Notes under the pieces: model-generated | What the model was told of the DNA's origin: nothing | Database searches by the model: none | Seen by the model: only the letters and a program-made list of their open reading frames with translations | Translations under genes and position numbers: made by a program | Assembly (NCBI GenBank): GCA_013239625.1 | Contig: MU054001.1 | Location: 1,243,884 to 1,307,883, forward strand | DNA from: Lama guanicoe | Taxonomy: Eukaryota | Reading direction: 5' to 3' | DNA: 64,000 nucleotides | In this document: piece by piece, positions 40,536 to 52,250 of the stretch | Numbering within the stretch: the first letter of the stretch is position 1 | Layout of the letters: each line of letters begins with the position of its first letter

Positions 40536-40582
40536 TCAATTTTTTTATTGAAGTGTAGTTGATTTACAATGTTAGTTTCAGC
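40536..40582 (-). mobile_element. Very short L1 3' terminus
   Basis: 'tttttttattgaagtgtagttgatttacaatgttagtttc' matches the extreme L1 3' end. Confidence 0.7.
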
Positions 40583-41659
40583 AAACTAATGATATCCTCT
40601 ATGATTCAGACATGGAGAGAACCTAGACTTTCCCATTCTAACTTGCCAAACATGGAGTTTGGGAGAATCCAGCCCATTTACGGTATGGCTTCCATCAGAG
40701 GAGAAATGAAGGTTAGTGAAGTTGTAAATCAAAGGAAGGGGACAACACCTACCAGCCAGCAACTGGCTGTTTTCACGGGATCTTTAGCAACAGCTCAGGG
40801 ACTACCTTGAAAGGAAAAACGTGCACGATGCCACGTTGTGAAAAAGTCATCACTTTGAGCAGTTTCCCTATTGTCATCATAAATTCTACCCCTTTCTCCC
40901 CTGCTTTGGTCGTGTTGGCCCCACGGCAGCTTGCCTCCACGGGACCTAAGCTGAGCGGGATGAGTTACAAACCCAAATCCCAGTGTTTGTTAAGGGGATT
41001 TATGCATTAGGTTCTCTGAAACTTTACCCAGAAAGTCTTCCTCACGCCTCTGCTGGGTTTCCGGGAGAGAGAGGGCCCCTCTGCGGATCTCCCCCTGGAC
41101 TCCATGCTGGCAATGGGCACGAATAAATCCCGCTAATGACTTCTGCCTGTAACTGACAGGTTCTGGTCTTTGGTGAATGCTGGGTCCCCCAAAACTGCTT
41201 TTTGTTTATTCCTAAAGAGGATTTACTGCAGGGCTTCTTCAGTAAGCATCAGTCAGCATTCCCCACGACGGCTGTCAACGCCCTTCGTTTCTGCAGGTGC
41301 AGCAAACAGAGGGGTCTCATTCACGTTGTCACATCTGGGATCCCCAGCATTCCAACACCGAGGGTTTCAAACCATCTTGGTAAAATCTAAGGGCCTGTTT
41401 TGGGAATTTCCTTTCTCTGGAGATGGGAGGGAGTTACCTTCTTTACATATCCCACTCTTGAGACACAGAATCCTTGGTTTTCCTTTGGGAATTACCACCA
41501 TTCACGGGAGAGGGGAGGCCTGCACACTGAATGATTTAAGCATATGCCTTACCTCCTGGTTACAGGGATTGATTCAGGGATGAACACATAATTCATTCAG
41601 ACTAAGGAGGCACGGTAAGGAGCCGGGGCTTTTGAGAAAGAAAAGTTTTTCTTCTTTCA

Positions 41660-41930
41660 TAGAATTAGTAGTGTGATGGTTGATGTGAAGGCTGGAGCTG
41701 CAACCTTCTTGCAACTAGAAGAGGCCAAAGCTGCCAGGAGCTATGAGGAACCTAAGAGTGCAACCAACTAAGAAGAACCTACGAGGTGAGTGATAGGTTC
41801 TGATAACATGGTTAATCTCTGGATTAAGCTATGCCTGAAGCTACTTACCATGCACTTCTCAATGACAACAACCACTAAACTCCTTCTACTTAAGTCAGTT
41901 TGGGCTGGGGTTTCTGTCTCTTGTGACTTG
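41660..41930 (+). mobile_element. MLT1-type LTR remnant
   Basis: 'gatgtgaaggctggagctgcaaccttcttgcaac', 'ctggattaagctatgcctgaagc', 'cttaagtcagtttgggctggggtttctgtctcttg'. Confidence 0.7.
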
Positions 41931-42339
41931 TTGAATATTGATACCTAAATTCAGTTAAGTAGACTCTGGTGTATGTATACTAAGTCTCTGATCTAGAGTC
42001 CAACCTGCTTCTAGAACATGGAAACAGTACTATGACAATCTTGATATCTTGAACAGAGATGCTGGCAGAAGTCCTTGAAGATTCCGTCTCTCCTGTCATC
42101 TCAAATAGCCTGTTTGCCCTCCCAATCATGCACCCCAGCTCCGGTGTCTTTAGCCCCCCTCACCACTGCTTTCCGCCCTTGGCATATACACATGCTCTTG
42201 ACTCTCCTATCTTACGAGATGCCTCCCTTTACGCGACCGCACCCTTGTTGCCACCCTGTAACTATACTGTCTTTCTCAGTCAAGCTACCCGAAGGAAGAG
42301 CGTATCACCAGTCCTTCCCAAAGGCTCAGTGCTGCAGAT

Positions 42340-42602
42340 GGTTTCATAAAAAGGAGCGTACGGTCAACTACATTTTGGGAAATGTTCCAGGTGGTAGCCT
42401 CCTTTTGGACAGTGACAGTTAACATGAGGGTAGTAAGGGCTCTGGGAATTCTTGCAGGAATGAAAACTCTTCAGTTTTATTTAACTCAACATTTCCCAAA
42501 CTGATTTGACCGAAGAAACCACTCCCTCCTCTTTTACTCCGCCTACAAGTGCTCAGCATCCCAAGGACCTAGAGCTCTGAGGGACATGCACTGCGAAATG
42601 CT
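42340..42602. mobile_element. Ancient non-autonomous DNA transposon (hAT-like)
   Basis: Imperfect inverted repeat 'ggtcaactacattttgggaaatgtt' / 'aacatttcccaaactgatttgacc'. Confidence 0.5.
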
Positions 42603-42799
42603 ACTTTATACGCTTTGCTTTCATCTCTCACCTCCCATTTATCCACTTAGAAATCATTATAAAATATTTTTAAATACCAGAAATATACAGAACACTTGTA
42701 GCTACACTAGTTTTGCCAAATTTTACTGAAAAAGATCTCAATCAAATAGGGCAGAAGACTTGCAGTTTTCAAATTCTCCATTTCTCACCTTGGCACACG

Positions 42800-43150
42800 T
42801 CCCTTCTGTCTCGAGTGCCCCTTCTTGCCTTTCTCCACCATTCTTCGCTTGACAAAATCCTATTCCACCTTCAAGACTCAGATATTAATACCGCCAAGAA
42901 GCCTTTCCAGACCCTGCCACCTATTCCCTAGCCGGCCACGATTCCATGGTCCTCCTCTGAATTCCCAGAGTTCCCTGAGTGCACTCCTATCAAAAGACAG
43001 CAATGATCACATTCTTAGTTAACTGCCTGCTTACTCACCAGTCTCCCTCACCAGACTACAAGTTCCTTAAGGATAGACACCGTCTTCTATTTCTGCAACC
43101 TCAACATCCTGCACGGTGCTGGGAACACCAGAGATAATGCTTTCTAATGT
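42800..43150 (+). mobile_element. L2 3' end
   Basis: 'ccttcaagactcag', 'gaagcctttccagaccc', 'gtctccctcaccagactacaagttccttaaggatagacaccgtctt'. Confidence 0.75.
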
Positions 43151-43344
43151 TCCTTGTGTGATGAATGTTCCAGACCTTCTTGGTGAGTCTTCCCTGCCAC
43201 TTAACAAACGTATACAAGTCACCCACCAAATTTCCTGTTGCCGTGTTGACTACTGTGTTGTTATGACTTCTGTGTATTTCATCCAGTCACTTACGTTTCC
43301 TCTTAGGATGCTGTCACCACTTTAATTTTTTTCCCCCTAAAAGC

Positions 43345-43900
43345 AATCAGGTATGGTGTGCTCTGCCCCAAATAGCAGAAAACTAACTCTCAAAAGCTGA
43401 AACCACCAGGATACTTATTTATTTCAGAAGAAGTCTGGAGGTGGGAGGTTCTGAGGTTGGCATCAGGGATCCAGGCTCTCTCTGTACATCTGTTCCACCA
43501 GTATTACTGTAACAGCCTTCTGTCCTCATACCTGTCCTCTCATCTTTGAAAGCTGGCTGCTATATGGCTCCAGCATCCTGTCCTCTTGCTGGGTACCAAG
43601 GCCTCTGAAAGGCCAGAGGATAAGGCTCTGCCTTTTTCCCAGGAAGGAAATCCTTCCCAGGAGCCCTAGCAGACCTTGCCTTCCATCTCGTAGGTTAGAA
43701 CTTGTCGCATGGTCCCCCCATTTGCAAGGGAGGGATAGTATGGCCGTGATTTGCTTAACCCAACTCTGACTGGCCCCCCCCGGCACCGGCCAAGGAGCTG
43801 ACTTTCCTGAAATCAAGGGCCCCCTATCCACCAGCTGAACAAAATTTGATTCTCTTAGTGGGGTAAAGAAACAAGGCAGGAGAGGTGACTGGCTCTTGGA
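43345..43900 (-). mobile_element. MLT1-type LTR
   Basis: 'caaatagcagaaaactaactctcaaaagctgaaac', 'gaagtctggaggtggg', 'tggctgctatatggctccagcatc', 'aaggaaatccttcccaggagccc'. Confidence 0.7.
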
Positions 43901-44209
43901 CAGGCGACGAGGTGTGCCTGGCAGAGTAACGCTGGTACAGCTGCCAGGGTACTGGCTGTGAAACCCAAAGAGTCAAGTTTCCAGGCTGAGGTTTCCCACT
44001 GGCCAACCCTGGGTTCTTGGCCAGCTCCTCATGATCTGAGTCAATGTTCATTAGCTCTAATATGAGGTTTCCTCAGTAGGGTCATGTGGGCTGATTAATG
44101 ACTTTTAAAACAGAAAAAAAAAAAAGACTTTTAAGAACTTAGGCGAACAGAAGCTTTTTTTTAGCGGTGCTGGGCATCTCCTGACATTTCTTAAGGCAAG
44201 AAAACATCT

Positions 44210-44370
44210 GTTCACACATTCATTTGAGAGTTATTGTGCCCTTGTGGCTGGTTGGGTCTCAGAGATAGGACAACCTCTGCCCTCAAGAGGCTCACTTTGG
44301 GGTGAACAAGACAAAATATTTACACAGATAACTAAGCTTAACATGATACATAAGAGCAATAATCTGTTGA
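44210..44370 (-). mobile_element. L2 3' remnant
   Basis: 'cattcatttgagagttattgtgcc', 'cctctgccctcaagaggctcac'. Confidence 0.5.
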
Positions 44371-45359
44371 AAGTGGCACAGACTAGAAAAGGGAGGCCAG
44401 TTTGCTGGGCTGGGGAAGGAGGCGACAGGGCGGCGGCACACAGCTGGCCGGCTGTGTTTTACACATGACACGTGGGTGCAGGAGGAAGCCCTGGATGCTG
44501 CGTCCAAAAGGCGTCTTAAAGGAGAAAACATCTGCATCTGTAGTTTGCAGGGCCAGTGCGGGGAGATGAGACAAGGTAAAAATGGAGTCCACGGAGAGAA
44601 GACATGAGCAGAGGGATGGAAACCTAAAAGTACAGTAGATGGAAGACCTGGGACACAGTAAATGCTCCGGAGTCGACCAACCATTCGGAGTGGGGGCGGG
44701 TAGCAGGGGAAACGGAGAGGAGGCTGGAAGGCACGTATGGCTTTTTACAACCTGAACCTACTTTGTCCTTCAGTTCACAATGGAGAGTCAATGAAAGTCT
44801 TAAAGCCTTAAAAGTCACTCTTTCCTGCAAAGGTTAGCCGGGCCAATCCCATTTGCAAATGAAACAGCTACTAAATCGCAGCACTCCTAAATTATTACAA
44901 ACTATGGTACGTAAACAAAGATGTGATTATAATGTTAGAGAACTCACTGTCAACTGCGTCCCGAAGTTTTTTAAGAAACTCTGATGAAATGAAAAACCTT
45001 ATTTTGTGCTGCCGTAAAACCGCACAGGTTAGGGATAGATCCCCAAAATCCTGCAATTATTTAAAAGCACAAAGCCTAGCTTTACTGCATTGTCACTTTT
45101 TTTTTTTTTAAATAACACATCAGCAGATTCTGGTTCCCAAAACCACTTTGGGGAAAAATGCTTTCCTCAGTGACATCACCCCCATTTTCCATATAAAATG
45201 AAAAAAAATAAAGGTTCCAATTCAGAAGTAGGAGGTTACAAAAGGATTGCTACCCTTAAGAGCCCACTATGCAAAACCCCCTATTGCCCTGAGAGAAACA
45301 AAGAAATAAATTAAAAATATAAAACCCCCCAAACACACATAGCTGAGCTTAAAAGAGGT

Positions 45360-45900
45360 AGACTGGTTTCCCCCAAATCCATTAATAAAATAAATCACCG
45401 CATTTCACATTCATAGTCATCTCTAAAAGTTCTCCTCTTAATTGCTTCGTGGCACCATGTTTTATTTTAGTAAAGTTCAGGTTTTATTGCCAGGGACTAA
45501 TGGGCATGGAGTCCCCGAAGAACTTGTTTTAAAACATCGACCAGTCGACCATAAAAGGGATATTAAAACAGCTATAGCGGCTAAATAAGAATTAAAAAGT
45601 ATAGCCACTTATTTTGAAATTAGAATCCTCTTTCACATTTAGGGATATAATAAAACGTGTCATAAACTTTCTCCTTTCAGTCCAAAGTATCGCTGTAAGA
45701 ATCAACAGTGATGAAGACACGATCCTTCCACAGGTAAGCAGCACGCATTAAAATCAAGTGCTGTTTTTAGGCATTATTAGAGGCATTTTAAAATTATAAA
45801 TGATTCCAATGTCATAAAGGAAAAAAAAAACCTTGCAGGGAAAGGAGAAACCGGGGAAGGATTTAATGAACTAGGCTGTTAATAAACTTATACTGTCGAT
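45360..45900. promoter_or_regulatory. Candidate enhancer with posterior HOX/CDX-type motif cluster
   Basis: TAATAAAA 45383 and 45648, TTTTATTG 45482, CCATAAAA 45549, GTCATAAA 45659 and 45811. Confidence 0.4.
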
Positions 45901-46550
45901 GGGTCCAAATTCACGAGCTAGGCAGGGTCGAGTCCTAGCACAGGTCTCGAGGGAACTTGCAGTCCAGCAGGAGGCTGTAAAACGCGTTCAGATGAGTTGT
46001 ATGGACCACTGCTGAAGCACTCTGTGTCCTCCCCTGTGGGGTGCATTCCAGTCTTGAGCCTTTTCCATCCATAACATCTTTTGCTTTACGAATATGCTAC
46101 ATTCTTGACAAAGCTTTGGTGTCCACGATTAGTGAAGCCCCATTTTTATAAGTAGGAAACTAGCCAGGGGAGAATAAATCCAGTCTTGCCTCAAGTTCAA
46201 CCTGAGTGGGGCACTCAGATCCCTAGTGCTCTGAAAATAGGGTTACAGTCTATCTCTCCATCTGGCGGCCAAGAGGAGGGTAAGGCTTGTTCACCCAAGA
46301 GAGAACATTCACTCAAGTAAGCTGAGTGGGGCCCCGTCACACACAGAATGCGGAAAGGACTTCCCAGGCTTCCTTTTGAAATAGGGCACTGGGCACAATG
46401 GGAAAGAAGATGGCTCTCCCCAACAGAAGCCCTCTCCGGCCAAGTGGGACAGACACAGGAAGTTCAGTGAAAGGAACCATCTTCTAGTAAACATGATCTC
46501 TGAAAAGACTCAACACAGAGATCGCAGCAGAAATCCAGGTTGGTGCCAGA

Positions 46551-46582
46551 AGAGAGAGAGAGAGAGAGACAGAGACAGACAG
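46551..46582. repeat. (GA)n/(GACA) microsatellite
   Basis: Seen directly. Confidence 0.9.
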
Positions 46583-47578
46583 CAGCTCAGGGGCAGGGCG
46601 GCAAAGAGGCCCAGATGCCACTTTATTTCTAATACAGCAGCACCTTCTGCTCCTCTAAACAGTTTTAAATAAAAGCATCGTGAACTGGTTTAGATTAGTC
46701 CCCACCAGGCACATTTGTAAAGATAAAAAGAACATGGTTGTTTTTCTTCCTCCCAAAGGGGGCTGGGAGGAGAGGACCGGAATGTTCGGTCTGGTCTCGG
46801 GGAGGAGAGGAAACAAGGGGAGCCCAGCTTGTTCTTAGGCCCTTGGTTAAAAACAATCATGCCAGCTTGCTTTGAAACCCCAAACTCTCCCAGTTGTCCT
46901 CCTCTGCATCCTTTTTGGCCACAGAGACAGGTCGGGGGGCTGGCGGCAGGAGGAGGCGGCGGTGGAGGAAAGGGGGTTTCTCGGCTCCGTCCTGCAGTGC
47001 GTGGCAGTAACTGGCTGGCGTAAACATTCGGTAGCCCACCTGAAGCCTATTTTAGGACAAGACAATTTCAGTTTTAAAGTGTTTGAATTACTTTAGCTAA
47101 ATCTCAGGATTTGCCTATTGAATCTGGAGCTGTTCCCTTTCAACTCTGAATGAAGGAAGAATTATGAGACTGGAGTGATTCAATGAGAGTTATCTGTCCT
47201 GGCACTCAATCAAAGGGATTAGGATTTGGAAAGAAAAGCCTACAGGTGGTCCTCCAGGAAGCATACCAAGCGGTTATCAAAAACATACAAGTTCAAAGCA
47301 GCTCAATTTTCATATGTTAAATGTACTTGGATGCAGCCCCAGGCTCCTTTCTAGGTAAAAAATTGTGTTAAAGCTGTTTGTACTTGCATACTTAGCAGAC
47401 GAGGGAATAAAAAAAGCATGTGGTACTGTGGTGCCGGGTCCCCTGCACCCTCGTGTAACCCAATAAATCAATCTTGTTCTCTTGGTGAAACGTGATCTGA
47501 TACTGTGTCCAGGCTTCTCAGCCTCGTCCCCAACTCCTGCCATCGCAGCTGATACTCATGTACCTCATCAATGCAAAC

Positions 47579-47672
47579 GAGCTGTCACAACACCGACGCC
47601 GCCAGGTCAGCCACCGGCAGCAGCAGCTGAACAATTAACAATGCGGACCATTCACCAGTCCTGGGCGTTGTT
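47579..47672 (+). repeat. Donor copy of a 94-nt dispersed direct repeat
   Basis: 78/94 identical without gaps to 48765-48858. Confidence 0.93.
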
Positions 47673-48184
47673 TTCCCAAACACCGTGATCTGGGCTTAGC
47701 ATCATTTTAGCTACTTAATAGCTTAACTTGGGCACACTGAAAAGGAGAAAACGAGGACACACACTGAGAGGTAAGTGACAGAAGAGGGTACATTTTAGGT
47801 GGCCTTCCTGTCTAGCAAGTCAAATTAGACATTCACGTTTCCAGCCTTTTGGGTATACCAAAGCTAGCTGTGTCCCTCTGGGTGTGCCCTGAAGAATGTT
47901 CATGGCAATAGAAATTGTATTTCTCTCCTTGGCATTCTGTTTATCCAGATCACATACGCAGACTCCTCATGAACTAAACTGTAAGTACTGTGAGCACCGT
48001 GTCTTATTTATTTTTATTTCTGTGGCATCGAAGTCTTCCAAATGTGGTAACATGACTCTCTAAACTGGGAGAAGAGGGGTGCAGGGAGGAAGACTGTCTT
48101 AAGGGTCTTTCCAGGTCACAGATGCTTGACTCAGATGATGCAACCGATAAAAGCAAAGAAATAACAGTAACAACAAAACCCTTA

Positions 48185-48440
48185 GTGGTGCATGAAGTGT
48201 GGCAAAGCACAGTGGGCAAAATCTACGCCTTGGTACCAGATTGCCAAGGCTGAAATCCTAGCTCCACTGCTTATTAGCTATATAACCTTTGGGAGAGAGT
48301 CTCAATTTCTCTAGACTTCAAAATGTCTTCACCTCAAAAATGAGGGGTCACAACAGTAACTCCTGCATGAGTTTGCTGTAAAGGATTAAACAACATACGA
48401 AGCGTTTGAAATAGCACTGAGCACAGTAAGTGCTCAAAAA
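48185..48440 (+). mobile_element. MIR SINE
   Basis: 'aaatcctagctccactgcttattagctatataacctt...aaaatgagggg...aaggattaaa...gcacagtaagtgctcaa'. Confidence 0.8.
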
Positions 48441-48505
48441 GTGGTCCAGAGATCATTACATGGATGGAATATCTCCTTTCCATACCACCTAAAATAGTAA
48501 CTTCT

Positions 48506-49503
48506 GCCAATGAAGATGTACAGATCGCCAACAGGCACATGAACAAAAAAAGCTCAGTATCGCTAACTACTAGAGAAATGCAAATCAAAACTACAATGAA
48601 GTATCACCTCACATCGGTCGGAACGGCCATCATTAAAAAGTCCACAAACGATAAATGCTGGAGAGGGTGTGGAGAAAAGGGAACCCTTGTACGCTGTTGG
48701 TGGGAAAGCAGTTTGGGGCAGCCATTATGGAAAACAGTATAGAGAGTCCTTAAAATACTAAAAGGAGCTGTCACAACACAAACGCTGCAAGATCAGCCAC
48801 TAGCAGTGGCAGCTGAACAGTTAACAGTACGGACTATTCATGAGTCTTGGGCGTTGTTGATCCAGCAATTCCACTTCTGGGCACATATCCAGGGGAAGCC
48901 ATAATTCAAAAAGACACATGCACCCCAGTGTTCACAGCAGCACTATATACAATAGCCAAGTCATAGGAACAGCCTAAATGTCCCCTGACAGATGATTGGA
49001 TAAAAGAAGACGTGGTATATATACATATATACATATATACTTTGGAATACTACTCAGCCATAAAAAAGAATAAAATAATGTCATTTGCAGCAACATGGAT
49101 GGACCCGGAGATTGTCATACTAAGTGAAGTAAATCAGACAGAGAAAGAAAAATATCATCACTTATAGGTGGAATCTAAAAAAATGAGACAAATGAACTTA
49201 TTTACAAAACAGAAATAGACTCACAGGCATAGAAAACAAATTTGTGGTTACCAGTGGGGAAAGGTGGGGCACAGAGGGATAAATTGGGAGTTCTGGATTT
49301 GCAGATACCAACTACTATATATAAAGTAGATACTGTACAGCACAGGGAACTATATTCAATACCTTGTAATAGCCTATAATGAAAAAGAATATGAAAAAGA
49401 ATATATATATGGCTAACTGAATCACTATGCTGTACACCAGAAATTAACACAACATTGTAAACCGACTATACTTCCATTAAAAAAAAAAAAAGAAAGAAAA
49501 AAG
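48506..49503 (+). mobile_element. 5'-truncated L1 with 15-nt TSD and an internal foreign insert
   Basis: ORF2 '[16 protein letters not shown]...[18 protein letters not shown]'; TSD AAAATAGTAACTTCT (48491-48505) vs AAAACACTAACTTCT (49504-49518); poly(A) tail. Confidence 0.95.
48765..48858 (+). repeat. Templated copy of 47579-47672 inside the L1
   Basis: Interrupts L1 sequence between 'gagct' and 'gatccagcaa'; absent from the L1 at 56160. Confidence 0.92.
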
Positions 49504-50129
49504 AAAACACTAACTTCTTAAAATAGGCATGAGAGCGAAGTTAGCAATTTAGTCCACACTCCCTCTTTCAGAATTAGAGATGAAAAAAACTATACCAAGT
49601 TGGATATTGCAAACTCTGCTAGAATTCTTTTCTTTCAGAGCTCAGCTTAGGGCCCCAACATAAAAGGGCAGCATCATAAAGCTGGCTCCTCTCGGCTTCT
49701 TATTGTCTTGGCACTGAACAATCAATTTGAAAGTACATTAAGTTATTTAACAGGTCACCAAGTAGCAGAAAGCTAAAAGTTTAACCATATTTACAAGGAA
49801 GAATTATATGAAAATATTTTTATTGATGCTATAAAAACCACCATTAAAAATGACTGCATTGAAAAGCTGAACGTGTATGGAACAAATGGGCAACTCTTAA
49901 AATATTACCTGGTTCCAGACAGTCCAAATTTTGTGTCTCGTTAGCAAATAAGATAAATGACTTTGTCTGAAATGATGTTTTATAAATCCTATTAACCGGC
50001 TGTAAGGGAGGCAATGGTTCCCCAAACAGGAGAATTAATTTCTGAGTTCAATTCCCATTGTGCACACAAAAATGTTGAGGGGAGTGGAGAGGGGAAATGG
50101 GCTATTGTTAATGATGTTTTCAGACTAAT

Positions 50130-50235
50130 AAGCCAATAATGCTCTCTAAAGATTACACTTCATACTTTTCAAAATACCTGTACACTCATTATCTCCCTTG
50201 ATTCTCACAACAAGCCTATAAGGCAGGTTGAGCAA
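50130..50235 (-). mobile_element. MIR fragment
   Basis: 'acactcattatctcccttgattctcacaacaagcctataaggcagg'. Confidence 0.6.
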
Positions 50236-51910
50236 ATATTATGCCTCTTGGTTTTTTTTTTTTTTAATTTTTTTAAGCACAGGAAAGGGTAAAGAGGTTT
50301 CACCAGAGTCAGTTAAAGCAGAGCTAAGACAGACTTGTGCGGCTCCCTGATTTTGTCCACAGTACATGGAGTTATGAGGGCCAGTGTTTATAATGTGGAG
50401 ATGGGTGCTTCTCTGTCTGCACAAACCCACACAATGGGGGGGAAGTGATACTGTCATTTTAAACTCTGTATCCAGATAAATTAGAAGGCATTTGTTTGTT
50501 CTTTTACTTTAAAAAAAAAAATTGAAGTGATGTACTGTCCCCACCATATAAATAATGGCCTAGTGCTTTGTATATACTATTTTTTTTTTTTATTTTAAGA
50601 GCAAGACTCTTTACTCCAATGATTGGTGCAATTTTGTTTTTGCCTTTTCTTGCCAAAAAGAAAATATGGCTTTAATAGAAGTTTACATCTGCGTGGTATT
50701 ACATGCATGTAAAACAGATGTAACCTAATTACATTTTCATTTAAATTGCTAAATAGCTACTTAAGTAAAAAGCTAAAATAACATACAAACAACAGTTACT
50801 ATAATAACAAGTGTACTTAGAATTAAATGAAAAGGATCAAAGCTACAGCATATAGAATTTGCGTTGGTCTTTCAAAAAGACAGTGACATAACAATGCTGC
50901 CTTCATTTACTCAGTAATTTAATGTCTCTACAGCTCAGCCTAGCCTGGACCCATCGAAGAAAATCCATCGAGTTTTTATAAAGACTCCGGGTTTCATGAA
51001 GATTAGACACACTCTACTAGAGATTATATAGCAAAACCTTAAATTGGAAGTTAGAATTCCAGGGCAATACAATCAGCTTGATTATAGTTTTAGGCGGACC
51101 TGTCTAAGCTGAAACCAGAAATCAGCTCCCAACTTGATCAGAGCGCCCTTTTTATATTTTTAGCAGAAGACAACATGACATATCAGTCATCGCATATTCA
51201 TGACCCATCCCTTCCTGTGTGCCCCACAAAGGCTCAGCAGAAGGATCCAGAGCACCGGGGATGATATTCAGCTTTGGAGTACAGGGAAGGGAACACAGGG
51301 TGCGTCTTCATAAAGAAGCAGAGGAAACACCATGTGCCGGTCCAGGATGGCTGAAATCCTAAACAGTGGACTCTGGAAAAACTCAAACCGGTTTAACCTA
51401 GATTTGCGGCGTAATGTCCATTCCTAGCTTTTCCTTTTCAATTTCAGTCACATTTGAACTAAAGTGAATTTCAGGCGTCTGGAGATGATGGTTGTTATTT
51501 TAAGCAGTTGGAGGGGAAAACTGAGCAGTATAAACTTGTTTCGAAATTAGAACACTCTCTCACTAAAAGCAAAGGATTTCGAGTAGGACTGCATTTTGAA
51601 AATACTCCCCCACTGACTTTCTTCTCTAAACTAGACCAGCCAGTTTTTCTGAATTTTGCTCAGGAATATAGAAAATAAATTACTTAGATCCAGGCAGCCC
51701 TTTTGATCATGAGTCTAAAATGTTTAAGAAGAATTAAAAAAAAAACAAACAAAAAAAACTAAGTGGAACATCTCTGCTAAAATTGAGGGTTATGCACTTT
51801 AAGCTGAGAACTTCGTTATCAAAGACATGGACAAATTCTTTTTAAAATGAGCTTCAAATTATACTCTAATATACCTGACTTTGAACACATAATTAGCTTC
51901 TGGCTCCCTC

Positions 51911-52250
51911 TTTTTCTTTGTGTTTTGTTTTTTAATTGAAGTACAGTCAGTTACAATGTGTCAGTTTCTGCTGTACAGCACAATGTCCCAGCCATGCATG
52001 TACATACATATATTCGTTTTCATATTCTTTTCCATTAAAGGTCATTACAAGATACTGAACGGAGTTCCCTGTGCTTACAAAAGAAACTTTTTTAAAATCT
52101 ATTTTTATATATAGTGGCCAACATTTGTAAATCTCAAACTCCTAAATTTATCCCTTCCCACCCCTTTTCCCCAGTAACCGTAAGATTGTTTACTATGTCT
52201 ATGAGTCTGTTTCTGTTACGTAGATGAGTTCGTAGTGTCCTTTTTTTCAT
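51911..52250 (-). mobile_element. Young L1 3' UTR fragment
   Basis: 'tttttaattgaagtacagtcagttacaatgtgtc...aatctcaaactcctaaatttatcccttccc...gagtctgtttctg'. Confidence 0.9.

Noticed and set aside
46309..46494. ORF MFTRRWFLSL... as a signal-peptide first exon
   Set aside because: It ends in a stop without a good donor and has no recognisable homology.
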